Position numbers and translations under genes: made by a program. A model generated the notes under the pieces. The model searched no databases. It was not told the origin of the DNA and saw only the letters and a program-made list of their open reading frames with translations. From Phoronis australis (taxonomy: Eukaryota; Animalia; Phoronida), in assembly GCA_002633005.1 (NCBI GenBank), contig NMRA01000307.1, positions 334,208 to 398,207 on the forward strand: 64,000 nt of DNA, in the 5' to 3' direction. Below are positions 39,501 through 51,500 of this stretch, one piece after another; within the stretch, counting starts at the first letter, position 1, and every line of letters begins with the position of its first letter.

Positions 39501-42500
39501 CCTGAAGACTTAATGTTTTATTGTGACATATTCTGTGCGTCACAGTTACTTAGTGTCGATGACATATTGTGCGTTTTACCACAGCTATGTCGGTGACATA
39601 TTCTGTTTTACTGTAGGTATGTCGATGACTATTTTGTGTTTTTCCCAATAAGACTTGTGCTCATCATTTTTTATGAATAGGCGTCATATCAACATAAGTT
39701 TCAACATGGAGGATGAATAACAGTTGTCCATTCCATTTCTGGTTGTCCGAGTTACAAGAGATGGTGTTAATTTGTCTTACACAAGTTTGTTGACCAGTTA
39801 TTTCAGCCTTGCAGCCTAGACCTACAAATTGGGACTGATCAGAAGTATGATAGACAGGGCATACAAGATTTGTGGCACACAGAATGAGTTTCAGAATTGT
39901 GTCAAAGATTTGTCTGTAATACTGCTGCAGAAAAAAAAAATCAGTTTCCAGCTACTCTGATTGATAAACTACATATTACTGATTATCTTTCTGTGTTGAC
40001 ACAGAAATACGAGTAGTGTTGGAGGGGGGTCCTTCATCCATAAAACATTACAGTGACCCATATGTAGGTCAGTTTTCTGCAGTTACGCAGAAGCGTATCC
40101 ACAGATTTGTTAAGTGTTATTGTGTTGATCATAAATTCATTTGGCTTTCACTAGCTTTAAGCCAGGTTAGTACTCAGTTTTTGCCTAAAGACACGCTCAC
40201 ATGCCGTGTATGAATTCTGCTGCGCACGCTATGGTGCCTGTTATGTTGGTGAAACGCGTCAACATCTGAATACATGACTGTATATCTGAGCATGTGTCTA
40301 ACAGAGTTTCTAACATCAGACATCAGTGTGATCATCCAGAATGCATGTCAGAATACCTAGTGACTAATTTTAGTATCTTGGACAGTGCGAGGACAGACTA
40401 TAGACTTCAACTTAAGGCCTTGTATATTCATTGGTTAAAACCATCCGTGAATGCACAAGTGCACTGCCTTGGTCTCACATTGTTTTGAGGTTATTGTCTA
40501 GAGTAGAGGCTTGTTTACCCATGTGTTATTGACCTATCATGTCTCACACTCACATGACCTTTACTCCTGACCGTGACCTTTACATCATGCTGGTTCCTGT
40601 ACCTTTGAGACTGAGGACTGTGCTTCGAAGCATGTCATCAAACGTAAAAAAATGAAATTGCCACTAGAGAGCACAGCTGTCATTGGATTGGTCTGAAACT
40701 GGCAGTCATCTGTTGCCATCTCCATAGGAACAAATATACTAAATTTCAGAAAGAATTTGCAAATGGTAATTAAAAAGAGACAGCTGTAAATGGAGTAGTT
40801 GAACACATCCAAAAATCAACATCAACCTCGGTCTTCTCATTAGGAACACATCTCCAAATTTTAGAAATGATCCTTCAAGACATTTGGTGGATGGAGAAGG
40901 TGAAGTGAAAAATATACTAAAAATTTTTTAAAATGTCCACCAGGTGGCGCAGAATACGTCAAATTCGCACAAAAATGAAAAGGCAAACTTTCATGATAAA
41001 AAAATCAACCGCTATACGTCAAATCTATCAGAAAACAGGAGCCTGTTGACTCCTTTAAAAGAAACCTGTTTATTAAATTTCATAAAAATTTGCCAAAGTG
41101 TTTTAAAGATACAGATGAAAACAGAAAATGAAATAGCCACTAGGGGCACAGCGGTAGTCGCAACCATTCAAATATTGTCGTCGACTTTTGTATCAATTGA
41201 AATTTAATCAGCGTTATTTATCCTGTTATTTTTTTACAAACATATACCTTTCATTTTTTGCCAATTTCACCAAAAAACTTGGTCACATGACCCAATTAAT
41301 GACAGATTGTCAAAAGACTAATTCTGCATAATTTTGACTTTCCGAAAATATGAATTTTAACCAAGTTACAATTTATAACCTTATACATATTTGACTAAAT
41401 ACACACAGAGGTTGATAAGGCCCTACAAAGCCACAGTGCGAATGATCCGCAAAAAACTTACACCTTTCCCTGAGATGTCGCACCCGTAACCTGCTTGACC
41501 TCGTTTGACCCTGAGCTGGATGAGCCTCCGTTCAGACCTCCTCTCACATTTTTATCGGACAGATGCTGAAAACAACAAATCTTGTTATGGACTATTATTT
41601 TTCTTTGTTTTCAATAAAGACAACAAAATATTTCAATTGCAGCATGTTTCCGAAGAGATGTTTGTCATTTCCAGGTCACAAGTCGCAAATGACAAGCTTT
41701 ACGGCTGGGTATAAAAACATATAACCAGATAAACAAAATGGTGATACAGAAACAAGGGAAATGGCAGAGAAACCATAACTGATAGAACATAGTTCGCATA
41801 TCCAGTGATGGCTTGAAAGGAGTAGTTCTGACAAGTCACCACCAGGGGGAAACAACAGTGATCATGACAACCAACCACTTGCAAAACACTCATATGTGCC
41901 CAGCAGTGTTAGCTGTTTTTCAGTCCTTGACAGTAACAGCAATTATCAACTGACTGAGGATTAAGGAAACCTCTCTTACACCTCACATGAAACTGAAGGA
42001 CGGTACCAAAGAAACATGTCCCAATGGAGGACTTTCAAATAGCAATGTGGCAACTGGTCACATGGGACCAAATACTAGTGACCTCCAGAAGATGAGGAGG
42101 TATTTTGTAACTTTTGTTTAAAACACATCACGAGTAATCCTGGAGAATAGGTTAGTCATTGGTCTTTAAAGGCATTACAGTATAAGATAATCACTTACTT
42201 AGAGACAGTGTAGATTGGGTGCAGACATTTCAACCTGGTCCACCAGGTCTTTATCAATGAGTGAGGAGTTTCCCGCCTTATGCTGGTTAAGAATTTCGAA
42301 TACAAGGGAGGTAAGTGGAGACCTTGGTCCCGGTTCAAGAGAGGGCGCTGAGTGCTGATGTTTATTGATTCTTTTAACTTGCGAGCATACCAGTTATGTT
42401 CTTTGGCTAAGACCTTGGATGATGCAAGGGAGATGGAATGTCCAGTTGCCAATATGTGTTCCCCACAGCTATGGGTCTGTTTAGTTTCTGGTTAGGAATG

Positions 42501-45500
42501 GTCTCTTGGTTTCTCCAATGTAGGTGTGGTTGGGAACCTGGTCACATTTCAGGTGGTATATGACCCCACATTGTTTTGCCATCGGGGTTGGGTCTTTGGG
42601 TCTGACTAGTAAAGATCGAAGAGTGTTGATGGGTTTCATGTATGAAGAAATTCCGTGGGTTCTGTAAGTGTGTTGTAGGCATTCAGACCCTCCTTTTATG
42701 TATGGGATGGCACCAGAGGGACCATCGAGTTTTTCAGAAGATTTACGACTTGGGGGGTCTGTGAACATCCATTCCTGGTATCCATTAGCTCATAAAGCAT
42801 TTCCAACAGGGTCAACCCATAGTCTTGGTAGTCAGTGATGTAAACGATCAGTTCTTACATTCTTAACCATCGAAAGGCGGGAAACTCCTCACTCATTGAA
42901 AAAGACCTGGCGGACCAGGTTGAAACGTCTGCACCCAATTTACACCGTCTCTAAGTGAGTGATTATCTTATACTGCAATCACGTGCAATCACGTGTAATC
43001 ACATGCAATGTAAAAGTCTTTTCAAGAAGGCAAACGATTTCCCTATGCCATCCATTGTGAAGACAAAGTAACTCCTGGTATAGCTAGGTGGCACTATGAG
43101 TCACCGGTCCCATATGACCAGTCTCCATTGCTTCTTGCAAGTCTCCCATTGAAACATTAGGTTATTTTTATTTAAGCAATGTAGAAAATAGTAAAAACAA
43201 GATCATTTGGACAGTCAATTTTTTTCAAAGTTACAAAACCACCAACTCGTTACTCCATCTAGTGTTTGATGTTGTAACTATTTTGTTGATAGCTACTATA
43301 GCTTTTGCTACATAAAATGGCAGTGTTACTAGTAAAAAACAAACAAGCACACTGGTCTCCATGAGCCAAACACACAAACATTAGCATAATCAATACGAAA
43401 AGTATCAACATTAAAACTAAAATAAAAAGGCATAACAACAGATGGTACATGAAACATTATCGAACATAAATTAAAATATTACACAACAAGCATTAGACTT
43501 GTTACTAAATACTAAAATACTAACACTTTGTAACAGCCCACTACAAAGACATGCAGTTACTGAACATTGTGTTCTTAAAATCAGCAGATTTGAAAGCATC
43601 AAGGAGGTTGTCACAAGGGTGCCTTAGTAGTGGGGTTCACACCAATAACAACTTGAATGTCTCTTTGTCCTGCGCCTTCCAGAACACAAATGATTACGGG
43701 CTGTTCCAGCAAAATCTGTATGAGAGGGTGGAGGCACTTTCATTTCGTACCCACTGCCCATATTTTTCATTTATTTCTCCAACCCATGACCCATAATTTT
43801 TTAATTAATAGGCTAAAATATAAAATCCAACACTTGCAAACAAATTGCCTCCAGGATGACCTGTTAAGAACTTAGATGATTGACAGACAAGAACTGGTTG
43901 TCTTGTCCAATATTATCAAAAACTAAAATAGCCAAGTGGGTGCCTGATCGAAAATGACGTCTGTCAACGCATCCATCCCTGCTATATATTTTTGTGCTAA
44001 ATTTCCAGTTGTGCCTAGCACTTTTTGAGATAATCAACCTGTCTTGTCAAAAACTAACGGGGTGCCACAGCAGCTGAATCAAGAGTCCAAAAACTGACTG
44101 GTGCCGGCACATTCTTGCAATATACTTCTATTTCGACTTTCACTGTCAGTGATCAGTGAAGCAGTTTTTGAGATAATCAACATACAAGGAATGGCTTGTC
44201 AAAAACTACAGAAACTTGCTTTTCATACACCTGTGAGCATTACTTTTGGCATCCACTTGGTGTCTCTGTTCACCATGTGTCTGTAATTTCAATAAAGATT
44301 TTTTCAATTTCATGGATCTATGAATCTCAAACTGTCTCCACGAACTCTTTTATACTGCTATGTCAAGTGAATATTGGAACTTGTCTATCTTACTCCTCAT
44401 ATTTTTTATTTAAAAATTGTCAGCGTTCTTATAAGTGTTAACACCAGTTTAGTGTTGCAGACATTTTCATTCTAATATGACTGCAGTTAAACACATGCAT
44501 AAGATCAAGTTGCTCATGACTTGATTAATGGCTTAGTGTACATATTGCACTTTGTACACTGGAAACATGGGCTTGTTTGTTGTTTTGGGATATGTTGGGG
44601 TATTAGCCAAATGAATTTTTGATGAGTTTCGATTTCATTTGAGATGTGTTTGGCCGAAAATACCATCCTGCCAAAATTTACAGGTCAAAAAATACCACCC
44701 AGTTTTAATGCTTCACTTCTTACAAGAACAACCACCCATAATTTGAGCTTATTTCTGAAGAACACCACCCATGAATTTGAATTTTTATTTCTACTGCCAT
44801 CCCTCCCCTCCCATACAGATTTTGATGGAATAGCCCTAATCTTAAAGTCAATGAATCTACATCATGAAATAACAACTTACTATCTAATGCAAAATGAGTA
44901 TTCAAAGAAAATATCAAAAGATTACTGTCAGTACTGACTGGCAGCTTCTGAGTTCACCCGAAGCAAAGTGTTTTGACCTCAACAGTAACACAGTTTATTG
45001 AAAAAAGCAGGCAAATTTAACATCCAAACACCTAAAAGCAAACTCTGGCACTTTTTTGAAAATAATGTGATGTTTAGAAGTAAGCTGCAGCGAGTCGTCT
45101 ACAAACCTGAAAACATTCCATCGACGTCAACCTCTGGAAAGGCTTGCTGTCGACTGAAACATTGTCTGTTTTACTAACTGTTGTGTCCAACTTTAGGAAA
45201 TAATCACAGAAATCCGTCAAGTGTCTGAAAAATTAAAGGGTAGATGTGAACAGTTAATGACACAGCTAAATTAAAGGGTAGATGTGAACAGCTAATGACA
45301 CAGCTAAATTAAAGGAAAGATGTGAACAGCTAGTGACACAGCTAAATTAAAGGAAAGATGTGAACAGTAAATGACACAGCTAAATTAAAGGGTAGATGTG
45401 AACAGCTAATGACACAGCTAAATTAAAGGAAAGACATGAACAGTTAATGACACAGCTAAATTAACGAGCCAACTTAGCAATGACTTATTTTCAGTCACTG

Positions 45501-48500
45501 TATTGTAACTGTGTGACCTAATTAATAACTCGTTAAATTATTACAAGCCCTAAGGTGACACTGCCTTCAGTGCTCGCCAACTTTACAAAACACCTGGGTC
45601 CAATAAATCCACATTCCAAAATTTTTGGGCCCCGTTTCAATATCTTGGGGCCCAACAAAACAGTCATTACCCTACAACAGAATGATACTCAATGTAAATG
45701 GAGGGAAAAAAAGGTGACACTTTTGTACTGGAACCAATAGGAAATTGATAAACAAGAAATAACTGACTATGTTTCTTGATTTTATTTGCTGCGTGTAACT
45801 TATTAAAACTATGTCCAAGGTGATGCATCCAAAAATTTGATATAGGGTTCTTTTGGATTAATTGTGTCAAATGAGGCAAAAACACATCTTTCAGTGAACA
45901 ATGTTTTTAGTAGAAATACTGCACACTGACAATGAATATCTGTTTCATGAAAAATTTCTTAATACTTAAGATAGAAATGTGGTCTTACAGTCCTACTTCA
46001 CAACTGTTGAATAAAGGTTTAGCTAGTAAGTAATTATAAGGGTACCAAAGTCTGAAATTATTATCCCAGTAACAAGCACTGAGGCGCGTATTCTGAGAGA
46101 CTGAGTGTGCACTTTGTCGAGGCAAATTTAACAGTTTTTCATAAACAGTTTAGCAGAGTGCGAGACCAAATTTCCAACTTACGTTTTTAAGTCAATTTCA
46201 TGAAACAAAACCCTGGTTTTGACTTTCCTCACAACAATCTGGCCAAGACGACAACACTTAAAAATATCTTCAAAACGCTCCCATCAGATTTACTTACCCA
46301 AGCACCTGTAGAATAGAGTTCATGTAACACGTGTTACCAAGGTTACGGAGACCCGTTAACCCAGGCAGGAATGCAGTCTTTTTCTTGGTAGGTGTTATCA
46401 CAGGACTGACATCAGAAGTAGATTTTGGCACAGAGACCTAGTGGATGGACCAATTGTCATCAATGATAAGATAGTACATTTTGGCACAGAGACCTAGTGA
46501 ATGGACTAACTGTCATCAATGATAAGATAGCACTGAGCAACTCAGAACACTGATTTGCACAAAACAAGAATTTATTCACAAAAGGAAGCAATTACTATTT
46601 GTGAAGAAATAAGTAAAGTTTTAAGTCATAATATGTAATTGTTATTATCACTAGTATTAATACTTAAAGTTTATTCATGTGAAATAGTTGAAGCAACTTT
46701 AAATTGAATTGCTAGTTCACTTGACTGTCATGTAAAATATGTTTACAAATTAAAATTCAACAAATATTCAAGTTAGTGCGTTTGGGAGACACAGGATGTT
46801 CTTTGGCACCACAACTTAATGATGAATACGTGAATTCGAATACCTTCTGAGTTGTGTGTTATCTGGTTGTTAATAGCACTATTATTAATAACAATGTTGT
46901 GACGTACTTACATGTTTTGATTTGTTACTTTCAACCAACATCCTCCAAGAGAAGAACACCTTCCCCAGCAGAACCAGCCTAGTCGTAACAAAATAAGCAT
47001 TCAATCCCCGTACAAGGACAAGTCAGCACTCATGACCACCAAGACTTCACTTCCAAATATGGACCACCCACACAGCATGCTTTGGGTAATGTCAAATTTG
47101 GTGTGATGTGAGTGGTCAGTATAATTCCAGATGAACCTCAACTAAGTTTGGTGGTTACAGACTCAGGTGTGAATTCTAGGTTAAGTAGGACCTTGTTGAC
47201 AAGTTTGTGTATTTAGCCAAGAAGCTATGGATTTTAACTTGATAAAAGCATTATACTTTCTGTAAGAAGAAAGTACAATTTCATTTTTGACTTTTTTCCA
47301 ATTTGCCATTAGTTCGGCCACATGACAAATAATGTCTTTAATAGAAAAATCTAGCAAAAGGAAAAGGTGCAGCGAGAGAAAAACATGGGCTTCTTTAATC
47401 AATTTTCATTAGATATAACTAACCAAAATGAAATCTCAAAAACGACGTCAGTTTTCCTAAAGCATCATTTCGTATATGCACCATGAAGGAAATGAATATT
47501 TCATCAAATATCCAAATTGATTAGTTGAAATCTGAATGCAACCAACTGCTGCCAAAAGCAAACAAGTTTGAAAGATTTTCTAAATGAAATTATATTACTG
47601 CTAGGGGTATGATAGTGCAATAAAAAGGTAAAAATGACAACTTCTAGAAAGTTGAAGCCATGAAATGAAGTTGTTGAAATGGTGGGAATGTCTTACGAAA
47701 TAACAAATGACTTGTGAACTTACAGCTGAAAAACAGAACAGCAATTTCCGTTTTAGTTCATAACAAATTTACTCCCCTTACAAAGAGCTAGCATAGAATA
47801 CAAAATAATTGAGAAAAGCTCGTTTCTGTGCAGAACACACACTAAGACTACTGACAAACACATACCGTCTGTGTATCAAAGCAGTGAAACTCAAATCCGC
47901 TCGCCGCAACTGGTCGACCATTCTGAAATAATGCAACACCTTTATCTTCTATTCCTCTTACCAACACTTTGTTAATTGCATTACACCTAACAATAAATAA
48001 ATTGCACAATATGAAATAGTCATTTTGTTGGGAATATAGGGCTAGAGTACAATTAGTAAACTGGCGCAAAGCAAAGAATTAATTTTATAGTCAATGACAG
48101 CCATAATTAGGAACAAGCTAAAAAGAATAGCACACACCAAAAATATAAATCACAAATCACTCTCACAGATATTTTTACCTTCATTTGAAACTAGTCTCTC
48201 TCATAAAGTACACTTTTAGGTAAAGGTAAACTGATTTTTAGATAAATTTGTGAAGAGATGTGAAGACAATTCATTGCCACATTATTTAAAGTGATACGTT
48301 TATTAATTGTTGTTACGGCCCAAATATGCATTTTGGGATCAGTATTAGATGGGATGGACATATTGAAGTTATTAACTTTGACCAGAGATATAAAACAATA
48401 AAATCTGTTGTGTTTTTGTGATTTTATTACAAATCGCCAATTATCACCACTGTCTGCCAGACATTCACTGACATCAGTATCAATAATAACTTTTATTACC

Positions 48501-51500
48501 AGTTACATCGGCTTACATTACCCTGCCATTTCTAGAGACAGATATAGCTCAGCCAGCAGAGATTTTGGCTGCCACTGTAGCCTCCAGGTTTGAATCTGCG
48601 CTGGGGTTGTTCTTAGAAAACCACTTTTCCCAACCATCATGTCACTTAAGTGTCTACTTACTTCCCTTCAAAAGAGTATGAGTGAGATCGGAGGATACGC
48701 TTGCCTCGTGACTCTACATCGTGAAACGACTGTGTGGCAATGGCTTTCAATGTTTCTCTGAGCAGCTTGATATCACCAGCAACGTTATCGTTGAGCACAT
48801 AGTCATCACATTCGTAGCTGAAAATAAGCAAAAGACTAACAACATCACCTTCCAAACTGGTCACTTCTTTCCAACAGGTGACAGGCCATTCAAATGTGTG
48901 GCAAGTGCTAGCAGCAAACAGGTCGCAGTGACACTTCAAAACTGGCAATGAAGAACCATATGCAGTTATTCCGCACATTTTTCCAACAAATATTCCCCGG
49001 ATGATCTAGCCAAAGAATCATATTAAAGCAGTTGGATGCTTCGTCACATTTTTAACAACGTGAAAAAGGGAAAAATAACGCATAGGATTTTGTCTTTTCT
49101 GATCACCATTTTAAGTCAAAAGAACCAGAAACCATTGAACTTAGGAACATTTTTTTGTTTTCACTCGAAAAAAATGGTCATAATTGTGATCGATCACTTA
49201 ATAGCTATTTCAGTTTAAAAATTTTTTACTTTGGTGAAGACTACATCCTATGCAGGAACACATGTAATGACGTTTCAATCCCCAAGACACACTAATCATA
49301 GTTCTGACAATCAGTCTGAAACTAATAAAAAAAAACCCTGAAGATGTCTGCACTTACCAGTAAACATATTTCTCATTTACTTCTAAGGAGATAGGGTGCT
49401 GGAACAATAAAAGCTGTATCTAGTTTCAATGAAATTTAAAAGGAAACAGGACAAAGCGTAATTATACACTAATCTATTTGCCAAATTTCATGAAAATAAG
49501 CCAAAGAACTGCATACAGACTGAAGGACATTGACATTGTCGTCTCCTTCACAGATACATATTTGTCGACTTCCATGAAAATACATTCATGAAGTCCGAAG
49601 ATACAGAGGCAAACTTAAAAAAACATTTTGCCACAAGGGGTGAGCACAGTGATATTCAGATCACTTCGACAACTGTTATCATTTGTCATCGCATCCACAG
49701 GAACACATACTTGACATTTTAAAAAGCCGCTTCACACAGTTACGGAGCTTTGACCGCAGTAGTCGAACTCGGTCTAAACTCAATGGCAAATCTTGGTATT
49801 CTCATCAGGAACACACCAGCCATTTTCATAATGGTCCTTTGAGCAGATTGGCAGATAGAGAGGCTGACGCCAGAAAGCGGATACAAAAATATCAAAAGTG
49901 TACCTACGGTGGCGTAAAATACGTCAAAGCCGTCCAAAAATGGAATGGCATTGCCGTTTCTTTAACAAAAAAACTATTGGCTATATTTCATGGAAATCCA
50001 TTCAGGAACTACGAAGATACAGAGGCAAACGCAAAAAAAATGCCACAAAAGAGCACAGCCCCTGTCAGGGCTGTTCCAGTAAAATCTGTGTGGGAGGGGG
50101 GGGACGGCAGCAGAAATAAAAGTTCATGGGTGGTGGTCTTCAGAAAAAAACTCAATTTATGGGTGGTCGTTCCTGTAAGAAGTGATGCATTAAAAATGGG
50201 TGGTATTTTTTGACCTGTTCATGTTGACAGGATGGTTACTTCAGCCAAACACATCTTCAAAGAAATCAAAACTCAAAAAAATGCAATTGGCATATATCCT
50301 AACTTATCCCAATACAAAAAAGCCCATATTGCCAGTGAACAGAGTGCAATATGTTCACTAAGCCATTAATCAAGTCATGGGCAACTTGATTTGAGCCAAC
50401 TGTTTGTCTGCAGTCCTATTGAATTGAAAAGTTATGCAACACTAAACTGGTGTTAACACATATAAGAAAATTGATGATTTTTAAATAAAAAGTATGAGGA
50501 GTAAGATAAACAAGTTCCAATATTCACTTGACATAGAAGTATAAAAGAGTTCGTGGAGACAGTTTGAGATTCATAGATCCTTATAATTGAAAAAATGTAA
50601 ATTGAAATTATAGACACATGGTGAACAGAGACACCTGGTGGCTGCCAAAAGTATTGCTCACAGGCTACTTTAGTTTTTGACAATATTGGACAAGACAACT
50701 AGTTCTTGTCTGTCAATCATCTAAGTTCTTAACAGGTCCTCCTGGAGGCAATTTGTTTGCAAGTGTTCGATTTTATATTTTAACCTATTAAAAATAATAA
50801 AAAAATTATGGGTCATGGGTTGGAGAAATAAATGAAAAATATGGGCGGTGGGTACGAAATAAAAGTGCCTTCCCCCCCCTCCCACACAGATTTTGCTGGA
50901 ACAGCCCTTGTCAGATGGGTCTGACAATCATCGTCACCTGTCATCAGCTTCATTGGAACACACCTGCCAAATGTCAACAAGATCCTGCAAAAGGGTTTAG
51001 GTGATACAGCAGCGGATGCTGGACGCACAGACAGAGATGACAACAATACGCATCCATGTATAGATATGTGGATGCATCAAACAGAAACTTAAAAAACTGT
51101 AACAGATTTTTTGAGACTTCATCTTGAACATTTCTATCAAATAAAATCTTGTCATGTTACTGATACTGCTGAATTTGAATAAAAAACATGATCAGTGACC
51201 CAATTAGCGACAGGCTGGTAAGTATTCAAAAATCAAACTCTAATCAGGTTTTCTACTTTCAGAAAATATAAAGTTTTGTAGATACTTGGATATACACACA
51301 AGACTTGCTGATAAGGACCTACATATCCTCAGCAGGCCTGGCTATTGCCCTGCGTATGATTTTAAAACTTTCAAATTCCTTAGCGGAAGAAGATGAATGT
51401 TTGCCATTACGAAAAAAATCTTTACACGGGATGGTTTTTGCCTGCGTATGCTTTTAAAATTTTCGAAAATTTATGTGCAAATGAAAGTTTGTTGTGTTGG

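Noticed and set aside
49683-50213. 176-aa ORF as a gene
   Set aside because: It runs across a Helentron-like repeat and into a MITE terminus, starts at a non-ATG codon and has no recognisable motifs.
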